Shown: positions 17,689-27,938, counted from the first letter of the stretch. The stretch: 64,000 bases of DNA from an uncultured Clostridia bacterium (GCA_944391745.1 CALXUS010000004.1:21231-85230), one strand, 5' to 3'. Translations and numbers: made by a program. Notes: generated by a model not told the origin, from the sequence alone.

Positions 17689-18900
17689 CTACCTTATCCA
17701 CTTTGCAAATAATTTTTTAGTTTTATACAAACCATCTATAAGTCTATCTACATCTTCTTTTGTATTATATATATAAAAGCTTACCCTACATGTTGATTCT
17801 ATTCCCATAAATCTAAGTAATGGTTGTGCACAATGATTTCCAGACCTAATACATACATTCTCACTATCTAATACACTTGCTACATCATGGGGATGTACGC
17901 CATTAACATTAAACGAGATAACGCCAGCATGTTTATTTGTTAAGCCATATATTGTAATAAAAGCTAGTTTTTGTAATTCTTGTAAAGTATATGATGTTAG
18001 TTCTTTTTCTAAGGTTTGTACTTTATCCATTCCAATATTATTCAAATAATCTATTGCGGCAGATAGACCAACAGCTCCTTCTACATTCTGGGTTCCTGCT
18101 TCGTATTTTGCAGGTATTTCAGCATAAGTGGCATTTTGTTCATAAACATATTCTATCATGTCTCCACCATATAAAAATGGGTTCATTTTTTCTAATAGCT
18201 CTCTTTTAGCATATAGTACACCTATACCTAATGGTGCTAACATCTTATGTCCTGAAAAAGCCAAAAAATCTGCATCTAATTTTTGAACATCTACTTTAAG
18301 ATGAGGAACACTTTGTGTTGCATCAACTATAACAATAGCCCCTACACTATGTGCTCTTTTTATTATTTTTTCTATTGGATTTATTGTTCCAAGTACATTT
18401 GATACATGTGTTATCCCAACGATTTTGGTTTCTGTGTCTATTTTTCTATTAATTTCTTCATCTGTTATCTCTCCTTCTTCATTTATATACATATATTCTA
18501 TTTTGCTACCTGTATTTTTAGAAACATATTGCCATGGAACTAAATTTGAATGATGTTCCATTATGGATAATACAATTTTATCTTTTTCACATAAATTATT
18601 TAATCCATAACTATATGCAACTATATTTAAACTTTCTGTAGCATTTTTTGTAAATATTATTTGTTTTTCACTTTTACTATTAATGAATTTCGCTACTTTT
18701 TTCCTTGCATCATCATACAATTTTGTAGATTCTAAGCTTAATTTGTATGCTCCCCTATGTGGATTTGCATTGTATTTTTTATAATAATTGTTAATGGCGT
18801 TTATTACTTGAAGTGGTTTCTGCGCCGTAGCTGCACTGTCCAAATAAGAGATATTATTTTCTAGTAATATTGGGAAATCTTTTTTATATAAATTATCCAT
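17689..18900 (-). CDS. sufS: Cysteine desulfurase SufS (class V aminotransferase)
   Basis: LDSAATAQKP, FSGHKM (PLP Lys), RSGNHCAQPL (active-site Cys). Confidence 0.92.
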   Translation of the reverse strand: MDNLYKKDFPILLENNISYLDSAATAQKPLQVINAINNYYKKYNANPHRGAYKLSLESTKLYDDARKKVAKFINSKSEKQIIFTKNATESLNIVAYSYGLNNLCEKDKIVLSIMEHHSNLVPWQYVSKNTGSKIEYMYINEEGEITDEEINRKIDTETKIVGITHVSNVLGTINPIEKIIKRAHSVGAIVIVDATQSVPHLKVDVQKLDADFLAFSGHKMLAPLGIGVLYAKRELLEKMNPFLYGGDMIEYVYEQNATYAEIPAKYEAGTQNVEGAVGLSAAIDYLNNIGMDKVQTLEKELTSYTLQELQKLAFITIYGLTNKHAGVISFNVNGVHPHDVASVLDSENVCIRSGNHCAQPLLRFMGIESTCRVSFYIYNTKEDVDRLIDGLYKTKKLFAKWIR

Positions 18901-19032
18901 TGAGATATCCTTTCTTTCTTACCATTTATATATTATATTTTATTTCTATTGAAAATGTTATTTTAATATACTTGAAATACTTAATATATTATGCTAAATT
19001 TTAATTGAAATAAAGAAAGGAGATTTGATTTT

Positions 19033-19797
19033 ATGGATAATAGTGTTGATAAGTTTACTGGAAAAGCTAAAATATACAACAAATATAGAAGTAGTTATCC
19101 AAGTCAATGTATTAATGACATTCTTTCTACTCATTCTATTAATAATGATTTAATTGTTGCAGATATTGGAGCCGGTACTGGTAAATTAACCGAGCTTTTT
19201 TTAAAAAAGAATATTAATGTAATTGCTGTTGAGCCTAATCATGATATGCTTAAAGAAGCAAAAGATAATTTATCTAAATATGGAAATCTTGTTAAATTCT
19301 ATGAAAATTCAGCGGAAAATACATCAATAAAAAATAATAGTGTTGATATTATAACTGTAGCTCAAGCTTTTCATTGGTTTAATAAAGATTTATTTAAAAA
19401 TGAATGTAAAAGAATTTTAAAACCTTATGGGACTATAGCTATAATATGGAATTTTTTAGATTATAAAAAAGATTTAGAAGGTAAAATTTTAGATATTCAA
19501 AAAAGATATACAAAAATTTCTTTTAATGCTTCAGATGAAAAAACACGTGATTATGATTTAGCACATTTTTTTGGTCAAAATGATTATAAATTGAAGATAC
19601 ATAAAAATGATTATAATGAAGATTATGAAAATTTTATTGGAAATCAATTGTCTATGTCTTATTCATTAAAACAATCTGACGATAATTATGAAGAATACGT
19701 TTCAGAATTTCAGAAATTATTTAACGAATATAGTAATAATAATGTTATTGAAATTCATAATAATACATACTGCTATATAGGTAATTTAATAAAATAA
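19033..19797 (+). CDS. Class I SAM-dependent methyltransferase
   Basis: Motif I VADIGAGTGKLT, then VDIITVAQAFHWF. Confidence 0.85.
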   Translation: MDNSVDKFTGKAKIYNKYRSSYPSQCINDILSTHSINNDLIVADIGAGTGKLTELFLKKNINVIAVEPNHDMLKEAKDNLSKYGNLVKFYENSAENTSIKNNSVDIITVAQAFHWFNKDLFKNECKRILKPYGTIAIIWNFLDYKKDLEGKILDIQKRYTKISFNASDEKTRDYDLAHFFGQNDYKLKIHKNDYNEDYENFIGNQLSMSYSLKQSDDNYEEYVSEFQKLFNEYSNNNVIEIHNNTYCYIGNLIK

Positions 19798-19859
19798 AAG
19801 ACTTATTCATTATATTAAAGTGATTCCACTCTAGTATAAAGATATAAGTCTTTTATTTA

Positions 19860-20774
19860 TTATTTTAAAAATCCTTCTATTATTTTGTCTTCTGCTTCTT
19901 TTTCAGTAAGTCCTAATGTCATTAATTTAATTAATTGATCTCCTGCTATTTTTCCGATAGCTGCTTCATGTATTAAATTTGCGTCTACATTATTAGCTAT
20001 TATTTCAGGTGTTGAAATAACTTTTGCGCTATCTTTAATAATTGCATCACATTCTACGTGTCCAAAGCATTCTGAATTGCCCACAACTTTTGATTTGAAT
20101 TCTTGTTTTGAATTTTCTGTAGCTACTGAACGTGATGTAACTTTTACACTAGCTCCTTTATCTTCTAAATCCACATCAAATATTGTTTTTGCACTTTGGT
20201 CTCCTGCAGTTAATATTTTTTCAGTAACTACAAAATTTGCATTTTTATATACTTTTCCTCTAGTTTCTCTTATTGTAGAATCTACACCTTTTATTTGAAC
20301 ACTTTCCATTTCTAAAGATGCTCCTTCTTTCAATTCCACTTCTGTTACTGGATTTAATATTCTTTTGCCATCTCCTTTACCTTCTCCATAATGTTTTTCG
20401 TAATATTTAACTTTTGCTCCTTCTTCTAAAAAGAATCTATGTATTCCATCATGTTGAGAGTCATTATGTTCATCATTATGAATTCCACATCCAGCAATAA
20501 TTACAACATTTGCATTTTTTCCTATATAGAAATCGTTATATACAACATCTTTAAGTCCACTTTGTGTTATTATAACAGGGATGTGTATAATATCAAATTT
20601 GGTATTTTCTTTAACATATATATCTATACCAGATTTATCTTTTTTAGTTTCAATTTTTACATTTTCAGTTATCTGCCTTTCAACTCCTTTTCCATTTTTT
20701 CTGATGTTATATGCACCTGTTCTGACATCTTCTCCTGAAATTGTTTCTAATAAATTTTCTTCAATCTTATCCAT
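19860..20774 (-). CDS. sufB: SufB/SufD family Fe-S assembly protein (short form)
   Basis: C-terminal HEAAIGKIAGDQLIKLMTLGLTEKEAEDKIIEGFL is typical of SufB/D. It lies next to sufC. Confidence 0.8.
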   Translation of the reverse strand: MDKIEENLLETISGEDVRTGAYNIRKNGKGVERQITENVKIETKKDKSGIDIYVKENTKFDIIHIPVIITQSGLKDVVYNDFYIGKNANVVIIAGCGIHNDEHNDSQHDGIHRFFLEEGAKVKYYEKHYGEGKGDGKRILNPVTEVELKEGASLEMESVQIKGVDSTIRETRGKVYKNANFVVTEKILTAGDQSAKTIFDVDLEDKGASVKVTSRSVATENSKQEFKSKVVGNSECFGHVECDAIIKDSAKVISTPEIIANNVDANLIHEAAIGKIAGDQLIKLMTLGLTEKEAEDKIIEGFLK

Positions 20775-20839
20775 TTATAAATTATCGTATAAATACGAAT
20801 CTCCTTTACTATATTTAGGTTTTAGGATACCTATAAACC

Positions 20840-21574
20840 TTATTCTTCATTAATATTTCTATTACATTGTTTTTTATTAATCTTACAACATTGATGACCT
20901 ATATTCATTTCATTTAAAACTTCATCTGCTTTTCCTTCCATTACAACTTTTCCGTTTTTCATTAAAATGATTTCATCTGCAATTTTTAATATTCTTTCTT
21001 GATGTGAAATAATTAAAGTTGTACCATTATTCATTTCTTGAATATGTTCAAATACTTGTATTAAATTTTGAAAACTCCATAAATCGATACCTGCTTCTGG
21101 TTCATCAAATATACTAAGTTTTGAGCCTCTAACTGCTAAAAGTGCAATTTCGATTCTTTTTAATTCTCCTCCTGATAGTGAATCATTTACTTCTCTATCA
21201 ATATATTCTTTAGCACATAATCCGACTTGTGATAATACTTCACAGGCTTCTTTTCTATTCATCTGTCTTTTTGCTGATAGTCTTATCAAATCTAAAACAG
21301 TAATTCCTTTAAATTTAACTGGTTGTTGAAATGCAAATCCTATTCCCATTCTTGCTCTTTCATCAATTGTTTTATTTGTAATATCTTGCCCTTCAAAAAT
21401 AACTTGTCCACTATCTGGTTTTTCAATTCCCATAATTATTTTTGCTAGTGTAGATTTTCCTGATCCATTTTGTCCAGTTATAGCAATAAATTTACCTGTA
21501 TCAATTTTTAAGTTTATATCATCTAATATTTTTTTATTATCTCTTTCAAATTTTATATGTTTTAATTCTAGCAT
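20840..21574 (-). CDS. sufC: Fe-S cluster assembly ATPase SufC
   Basis: Walker A GQNGSGKST, signature LSGGELKR, Walker B LSIFDEPEAGID, H-loop. It has an unusual Cys-rich tail (HQCCKINKKQCNRN). Confidence 0.9.
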   Translation of the reverse strand: MLELKHIKFERDNKKILDDINLKIDTGKFIAITGQNGSGKSTLAKIIMGIEKPDSGQVIFEGQDITNKTIDERARMGIGFAFQQPVKFKGITVLDLIRLSAKRQMNRKEACEVLSQVGLCAKEYIDREVNDSLSGGELKRIEIALLAVRGSKLSIFDEPEAGIDLWSFQNLIQVFEHIQEMNNGTTLIISHQERILKIADEIILMKNGKVVMEGKADEVLNEMNIGHQCCKINKKQCNRNINEE

Positions 21575-21678
21575 TTTAACCTCTTTTCCACTATATTAAT
21601 TTGTTTTGTTAGTCTCGTCTAACATTTTAATATTTTTTTTTATTTTTGTCAAGCTTTTTTTGTCAAAAAAAATGACCT

Positions 21679-22455
21679 TTACTTTAGGTCACTTTTTACT
21701 CTTTTTGTTAATGCATAATCTTCTGAATTCATTTCAAATAAAGGCTTATCAAAATTATATTCTATGCTACCAATATAGCCATCAAATTTTCTATAACAGG
21801 ACATTAAATGAATATCCGACATTTGATTATAAAATAATTGTATATACTCTTTTTCGTTATTAGTTAATTCTTTTTTTATATTTATTAATTTATAAATGTT
21901 TTCAAAATTTGTATTAGTAAAAACCTTAAAATTCATTTCAACACCATTAAGGTTCTTTGTTATATCAATATAATTAATAAAAGCTCTAATTCCTAATTTT
22001 GTGAAATACTCATACTTTCTCTTAGTAATAACAGTGATATGTTTCGGATTTTCATTTTCAGGATAAACTTTAAAATTATATTTATTTTCATTTAATGGAA
22101 TATAATTTAAATTTTTTATAATACCTGGTTCAATAATATTTGAATCTATAGGCAATTTTTTTGCATATTCTTCTTCTTTTACTAATTCATTGTTTTGATT
22201 TCTAACATTTTCATTGTTAATTAGTAAGTATAATTTATTTAATTCTGAAACTTCTGCATTCAACTTTTTATCTAAACTATCATTTTGTTTCATTCTTTTT
22301 TCAAAACTATTTTTTATATTTTTATAATTTTGCATTAATAATTCATTTAATTTTGTTTCATTTATTGTTCCATCTACATTTTTTGCTTTTGATAAGCATA
22401 AGTTATAATTAAAAATTCTTCTTGCACTCATATATTTTTCATAAGTATTTTCCAT
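21679..22455 (-). CDS. Hypothetical protein
   Basis: ATG at 22455 follows GAGAGGAAA. The track ORF extends to 22539. No motif recognised. Confidence 0.55.
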   Translation of the reverse strand: MENTYEKYMSARRIFNYNLCLSKAKNVDGTINETKLNELLMQNYKNIKNSFEKRMKQNDSLDKKLNAEVSELNKLYLLINNENVRNQNNELVKEEEYAKKLPIDSNIIEPGIIKNLNYIPLNENKYNFKVYPENENPKHITVITKRKYEYFTKLGIRAFINYIDITKNLNGVEMNFKVFTNTNFENIYKLINIKKELTNNEKEYIQLFYNQMSDIHLMSCYRKFDGYIGSIEYNFDKPLFEMNSEDYALTKRVKSDLK

Positions 22456-22628
22456 AATTTTTCCTCTCGTAAATTTAGTCTTAAGAATATTATAATAATA
22501 TCTTATTTTTGTGTCAATGAATATAATTGAATTCTTCACTTTTCATTGACTCCTTATACTTTTGGATATATAATTATACTAAGTTTTTATGTAGCATAAA
22601 CATCTTTGAAAAAAGAAGGAGGCTATTT

Positions 22629-23084
22629 ATGGCTATTGAACTAACCAAAGAACAAAAACAAAAAATTTGTAATTCTTCTTTTATTAATGTTCATAATTAT
22701 ATTAACGGAAAGGAAGTGTATTCTATTCCTGAAGATTATAATTGTCCGCAATATGATGAAATTTTTAACCATTTTGTATTTAAGTTATTTCTTTCTGGTT
22801 TTTCTTCATGCAAGATTCTCAAACGGAGTAGATATGCAAATTGTATTGTTCAATTAGTTCGCAATACTGGTTGTACTTCTGGTCAAAAGTTGTTTGACTA
22901 TTGGGAAGCTAAAGCTTTCGTTCGAGTAAATGATAGTTGGGTATTTTTATATAATGGTAAAATAGTCGAAAATATTAATTTAAATAAACTTGATACATTA
23001 TTTATTTTTGAAGATTCTGAAATTGGTTCTGAATATTTAATCAGATATGATACCCCGAAAAACATTTACCTTTCTATTAAATAG
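22629..23084 (+). CDS. Hypothetical protein
   Basis: ATG at 22629 follows AGAAGGAGG. It contains one in-frame CGG (AAA CGG AGT) read through for about 100 further codons. Confidence 0.6.
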   Translation: MAIELTKEQKQKICNSSFINVHNYINGKEVYSIPEDYNCPQYDEIFNHFVFKLFLSGFSSCKILKRSRYANCIVQLVRNTGCTSGQKLFDYWEAKAFVRVNDSWVFLYNGKIVENINLNKLDTLFIFEDSEIGSEYLIRYDTPKNIYLSIK

Positions 23085-23110
23085 CTTTTATTTTGTTTGA
23101 TAATTCAAAT

Positions 23111-23155
23111 AAAAACCAAAAACCTCTTACAAAAGTGAGAGGCTTTTGGTTTTTA
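23111..23155. terminator. Bidirectional terminator between convergent genes
   Basis: AAAAACCAAAAACCTCT...AGAGGCTTTTGGTTTTT, a 17-bp stem with one mismatch, flanked by A and T runs. Confidence 0.7.
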
Positions 23156-23167
23156 AATCTTAAATTT

Positions 23168-23725
23168 TCATTGTTTTATTTCTAATCCGCCCCATTCAAC
23201 AACAGTAAAACCTTCTCTATCTGGAGTTATCAATTCTTGCTCTTTAACATTTATGTATTCGTCAAGCGGTTTGTATTCCATTAAAACTCTTATAATAGTA
23301 TCAGGTTCAACAGAAAATTCTAAAGGCATAATGTTATTTATTTCATCTAATGATGCAAATCTTATAAAATTATATTTATTTTCTTGTAATCTAGGTAACC
23401 AATAAATTATAAATTCTTCAGCTTCAAATTCATTTAAACCTAATATTGATAATTTATTTTCTAAAAATTCTATTGTATCCTCACCCTTTACAACGAATCC
23501 TTCTGTAAGGTCACATTCTTCATTACTAATTCCTTCCCAATATAATCCATATAGCTTTCTTCCTGTTTCAATATTTATTAATGTTCCATCTGGATTAGCA
23601 ATAACATTCCAACCTTCTTTATATTCTGGATATGAATATCTAATATTTTCTTTTTTTCCTAGTTTAACGGTTAATTGTGTTTCTTCTTCAGGATATAAAT
23701 ATATAATTGGTTTTTCAGGTTCCAT
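23168..23725 (-). CDS. Hypothetical conserved protein (KPIIYLYPEE... family); N-terminal anchor apparently cut off
   Basis: 185-aa ORF. The in-frame upstream sequence encodes a TM-like segment but has no canonical start and an in-frame TAA. Confidence 0.6.
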   Translation of the reverse strand: MEPEKPIIYLYPEEETQLTVKLGKKENIRYSYPEYKEGWNVIANPDGTLINIETGRKLYGLYWEGISNEECDLTEGFVVKGEDTIEFLENKLSILGLNEFEAEEFIIYWLPRLQENKYNFIRFASLDEINNIMPLEFSVEPDTIIRVLMEYKPLDEYINVKEQELITPDREGFTVVEWGGLEIKQ

Positions 23726-23961
23726 TGCCGCTGGAATTTCATTTGAACGTGTTTGATTTGAATTTTTATTATTTAGACTTGAATTTTCAATGTTAGAAGC
23801 ATTATATTTGGAAATAATAATATATGTAATAGTTCCTATAATTGAAACTAAAATTATAATACATGTAATAATAAAAAATTTTTTATTATCCTTTTTTTAA
23901 TCCTTCTCTACTTTTTTCTTTTCCTCTATAATTCCCCTCCTAAATTAATAATGTTTTTTGG

Positions 23962-23992
23962 GATGTTTTTAGGGACACCTTCCAAAAACAGC
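23962..23992. repeat. 31-nt palindromic repeat element, degenerate copy 3
   Basis: GATGTTTTTAGGGACACCTTCCAAAAACAGC, with 2 mismatches to copy 1. Confidence 0.7.
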
Positions 23993-24074
23993 TTAAAGAA
24001 TAAACAATTAAAGCAAGATAAAACAACATATATAATGTATTTTTTATAGCTTTGTAGCTCTCTTGACGATTAAT

Positions 24075-24110
24075 AAAAAAATCAAGCAGATTTTATTTTC
24101 TGATTGATTT
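24075..24110 (-). terminator. Terminator after tRNA-Leu(CAA); homologous to the one after tRNA-Leu(TAG)
   Basis: ATCAAGCAGA...TCTGATTGAT stem with one mismatch, plus a T-run on the minus strand. Confidence 0.6.
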
Positions 24111-24149
24111 TGTATCTATCTGTTCAATTAGTTCGAACGGAAATATCAT

Positions 24150-24232
24150 TGGTGCCGTTGGTGGGACTCGAACCCACATGATTTCTCGCAGCATTTTGAG
24201 TGCTGTGCGTATACCAATTTCGCCACAACGGC
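24150..24232 (-). tRNA. tRNA-Leu (anticodon CAA)
   Basis: Reverse complement is GCCGTTG...CAGCA-CTCAAAA-TGCTG...long variable arm...GTGGGTTCGAGTCCCACCAACGGCACCA. Confidence 0.9.
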
Positions 24233-24375
24233 ATATATTTAATTATTAAGCATAATAATATATTAACATATTTTAATTTAGTTGTCTATAATAATTTAAT
24301 AAAAATCTAATTAAAAATTTGCTACTGTAATATTTTGAGCAGACTCATTATACTACAGTAGCAGTCTTAAGAAAG

Positions 24376-24807
24376 TTAAACAAATGTTTCAGTACGATCT
24401 TCAAACTTAATTTTTACATTGTCACTCAAGAAAACTTTTTTGATTTTTCCTCTATATTCTTCGTCATTCCTCTTTCCATTTTTCCAACTTACAATTTTAA
24501 AAGATTGTTTAGACGAGTCATACTTGCAAGTGTAATCTCTAAAAGAAATGAAAAAATCTTGCCCACTTGGTATAGTTGCTTGTACTAATCCATTAATGCC
24601 TTGAATCGTTCCCCAAAGAGTAAAATAAATTTCTTCCTTTCTGCTTTCATTGAGAATATGACTTTTATCAATATTATAATTAGATATAATTTCAAAAGTC
24701 ATCTTCCGCGTTTCCATAACTCTAATTACAAAAGGAAGCATACCTCCTGTAATTAAAATTTTCCTTTCATCAGAGTCTTCTAAAAAGCTAGAATACCGCA
24801 TTACCAT
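24376..24807 (-). CDS. Hypothetical protein
   Basis: 143-aa ORF with two in-frame CGG codons near the 5' end (ATG CGG TAT; ACG CGG AAG). Confidence 0.55.
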   Translation of the reverse strand: MVMRYSSFLEDSDERKILITGGMLPFVIRVMETRKMTFEIISNYNIDKSHILNESRKEEIYFTLWGTIQGINGLVQATIPSGQDFFISFRDYTCKYDSSKQSFKIVSWKNGKRNDEEYRGKIKKVFLSDNVKIKFEDRTETFV

Positions 24808-24905
24808 TGTTCATTCCTCCACTAAAGACATCTTCAAATAACGGTAATTTTAATTATACTCTCATTTTTTAAATTATTCAATTATATTTATAAATTTTTT
24901 TACTT

Positions 24906-26045
24906 TTATTTTTCTCCTAATTTATTAGCGAAATCTGCCATAGCTTCAGATATCTTAATTTGCTGTGGACATACTGCTTCACAACTCCTACATCCTATGC
25001 AAGCACTTGGTCTTTTGTCTTCTGGAAGAGCTGATATAGCCATTGGTGCAATAAATCCACCACCAGTAAAAGTATGTTCATTGTATAATGCTAAAAGTTT
25101 TGGTATGTCTAATTTCATTGGACAATGTGATGTACAATATCTGCAAGCTGTACAAGGTAATACTTTATTATTTACCATCTTATTTGCAATATGTAATAAA
25201 ATTTTCATTTCATTATCATTTAGAGGTTTCTCCTCATTAAAAGTTTCTATGTTTTCTTTTAATTGCTCCATAGATGACATTCCTGAAAGAACCATAGTAA
25301 CTCCTGGTATACTTTGTAAAAATCTAAATGCCAATGCAGGTATGGTCTCATTTGGTCTTAATTCTTTTAGTTCTTTTTCTTGTTCATCTGTCAATTTAGC
25401 AAGTTTTCCACCTCTTAATGGTTCCATTACCCAAATAGGAATATTTAATTCATTTAACAATTCAACTTTAGCCTTTGCATCTTGAAAATCATAGTCTAAA
25501 TAATTTAATTGTATTTGACAAAATTCCATATATTTTCCATAAGCATTTAAAAATTTTTTCATTACATCTAAACTACCATGGCAAGAAAATCCTAAATGTT
25601 TAATTCTTCCATTTTCTTTTTGTTTTAATAAATATTTTAAAATTCCATGCTTTTCATCTAAATATGGATCAACATTTTTTTCGTAAACATTATGAAATAA
25701 GTAAAAGTCAAAATAATCTACTTTACATTTTTCTAATTGTTTTTCAAAAATTTCCTCAACTTTATCCATATTAGATAAGTCATAACCTGGAAATTTTGTT
25801 GCTAGATAAAATTTATCTCTTGGATATTTACTTAATATTTTTCCTATAACAGTCTCAGATTCTCCATTATGATATCCCCATGCAGTATCAAAATAATTTA
25901 CGCCATTATTAATTGCATATTCTACCATTTTCGCTGTTTCTTCTTCATCAATTGGTGTATCTCCATTTATCCCTTTGTTAGGCAAACGCATTGTTCCTAA
26001 TCCTAAATTAGATAACTCTATGTTTTGAAATTTTTTGTAAATCAT
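24906..26045 (-). CDS. Aldo/keto reductase fused to a C-terminal 2x[4Fe-4S] ferredoxin-like domain
   Basis: AKR N-terminal pattern (LGLGTMRLP, FDTAWGYHNGESE), then CTACRYCTSHCP and CIGCRSCEAVCP. Confidence 0.88.
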   Translation of the reverse strand: MIYKKFQNIELSNLGLGTMRLPNKGINGDTPIDEEETAKMVEYAINNGVNYFDTAWGYHNGESETVIGKILSKYPRDKFYLATKFPGYDLSNMDKVEEIFEKQLEKCKVDYFDFYLFHNVYEKNVDPYLDEKHGILKYLLKQKENGRIKHLGFSCHGSLDVMKKFLNAYGKYMEFCQIQLNYLDYDFQDAKAKVELLNELNIPIWVMEPLRGGKLAKLTDEQEKELKELRPNETIPALAFRFLQSIPGVTMVLSGMSSMEQLKENIETFNEEKPLNDNEMKILLHIANKMVNNKVLPCTACRYCTSHCPMKLDIPKLLALYNEHTFTGGGFIAPMAISALPEDKRPSACIGCRSCEAVCPQQIKISEAMADFANKLGEK

Positions 26046-26110
26046 AATACTACCTCCATTTCTTCATTTAAAGAAATATATCATAAATATAAAAATTTTG
26101 CAATGTAAAA

Positions 26111-26140
26111 GGTGGCAAACCTCAAATAAGGTTTGCCACC
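26111..26140 (-). terminator. Rho-independent terminator
   Basis: GGTGGCAAACC-N8-GGTTTGCCACC followed by TTTT on the minus strand. Confidence 0.75.
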
Positions 26141-26150
26141 ATAATTGTTG

Positions 26151-27938
26151 TTAAATAACTGTTTTGGCAATTAATTTGCCATTACTCTCATAAATTTCTT
26201 CGGTATCTTTTTTTACAGCTCTAATAAGTGTAAGATTTTTGGAAGAAAATATATCTATAATTTTTTCACATTCAATAGGTATTATTTCTTTAAATCCACT
26301 AATACTTGTTTTAGTTTTCCTGTCAATGGTATATTGATACAAACCATAAAGTCCATTTTTCGAGAAAAGATACAGGTTGTCATAAATAAAACTTTCATAC
26401 TCTTCAATAGAAACAACCTGAGACTTTCCTGTCAGGCAATCATAAACAATATATCCATCCGGAATCTTTACCCATACAGTATCTTTTATATGGTGTGCAT
26501 TGTCAAGATCAAGCCATTGACTAAAGATTTTATTACCTTTGAAGTCATAAAACCACAAATTTTTTTTGGTATCGAGTGCCTCAATATAATTCTCATTTAT
26601 ATCAATTATTTTGTTGACCTTATTGAGAATTAAAATAAGCTTCCCAGACTTATCAAATATTGCAAAGAAATGATTTTGAAGGTTTTCATTTTCGAAACCC
26701 GGTTTATCACTTAAAATGTAGAAACCATTTTTGAAAACCAAACTCTTGAAAATCTTTCCTTCTAATTCTTTGACTCCAATAATCTTACAAACTTGAAAAC
26801 GATTCACCAATGACGGCATATTAGACCAACAGTCATTTCCTATAGCAATCCAATTATCCGTTACTACGATATTAGGATCTTCATAGCCATCATCGTCAGA
26901 AACGATTCCTACATTGCCGATAAGCGTTCCATCTGTTTTATAACAGATTTGCTTATGTCTTATATCTTCATGATAATTGTAAATAACAACATAATTACCA
27001 TAGAAGAATACCTTATCATCCTCCTCCACTTCAAATTTGTCAAAGAGCTTAATTGTAGTAGTTTTTTCTCTTTCTTCAACTTCCTCTTTGCTAAGTTCCA
27101 TATTTTCGAAGTACTCAGCATAGAGTGCATTTTGTGAAAGAGTTTTTATCCCTTCTTTTGTCCAAACTCTTATTTCATCTTTATTTTCCGGATTTTTTTC
27201 AATTTTAGAACACTCAATAGGAACAACTAATTTTTGTGTAAAATCATCGTTACACCAAGTTGACGCAATCAAGCCACATTTATTGTTTTTATACACAATA
27301 TCGAAAAAGACATTTATTCTATTGCCATCTTTTCTCTTTATGATGTAGTCGAACCCAAAAAATGCGTCTACACTGTATTGGATTTTTTCTGTTTCAATGT
27401 TATAAAACTTAAATCCGTTTGGAGTTTTAAGATACACTCCGTTTCCAAAAGCGCTTACTTTTTCGTACGTGCCTTCAATCAATTTTTTATGGTAGAGGTT
27501 ATATACCTTAAAGTCTTTGCCGTTCTTGCTGTAAATGATGATATTTTTCAGGAAATCAGTTATTTTATAATTATCAAAGTCTAATAGGCATTCTCCTTCA
27601 CAATCAAAAATTGCCATTTTGCCACTTTCGTCGTAAAGTTTAACAAGATTAATTCTGCAAGGGTTCCTTAAATAATCAAATTTTACCAGCTTTCTATCAG
27701 TTATTATCTCTTCTCCATTCTTTGTAAGAAATTTCACGTTTCTGCCGTCTCTCAAGATGAAACAACTTCCATCAAGTGGGTAAAAAGATTCGCTAGGTGA
27801 TTCTTCTTTTAGTAAAAGCTTACCTTTAAGAGTGTAATACCGAACATTTCTTGTTCCGTTCACCTTAATGTAGCTACCACAATGTTTAAGAGTTTCACCT
27901 TTCTGCAAGTCAAAATCGTTTTTCAGTTCTGCTTGCAC
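26151..27938 (-). CDS. Hypothetical repeat-rich protein (WG-like beta-repeat pattern)
   Basis: 595-aa ORF with recurring NGK/DG...Y/F...K segments (NNKCGLIAS, NGLYGLYQY). It has one in-frame CGG. Confidence 0.6.
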   Translation of the reverse strand: MQAELKNDFDLQKGETLKHCGSYIKVNGTRNVRYYTLKGKLLLKEESPSESFYPLDGSCFILRDGRNVKFLTKNGEEIITDRKLVKFDYLRNPCRINLVKLYDESGKMAIFDCEGECLLDFDNYKITDFLKNIIIYSKNGKDFKVYNLYHKKLIEGTYEKVSAFGNGVYLKTPNGFKFYNIETEKIQYSVDAFFGFDYIIKRKDGNRINVFFDIVYKNNKCGLIASTWCNDDFTQKLVVPIECSKIEKNPENKDEIRVWTKEGIKTLSQNALYAEYFENMELSKEEVEEREKTTTIKLFDKFEVEEDDKVFFYGNYVVIYNYHEDIRHKQICYKTDGTLIGNVGIVSDDDGYEDPNIVVTDNWIAIGNDCWSNMPSLVNRFQVCKIIGVKELEGKIFKSLVFKNGFYILSDKPGFENENLQNHFFAIFDKSGKLILILNKVNKIIDINENYIEALDTKKNLWFYDFKGNKIFSQWLDLDNAHHIKDTVWVKIPDGYIVYDCLTGKSQVVSIEEYESFIYDNLYLFSKNGLYGLYQYTIDRKTKTSISGFKEIIPIECEKIIDIFSSKNLTLIRAVKKDTEEIYESNGKLIAKTVI

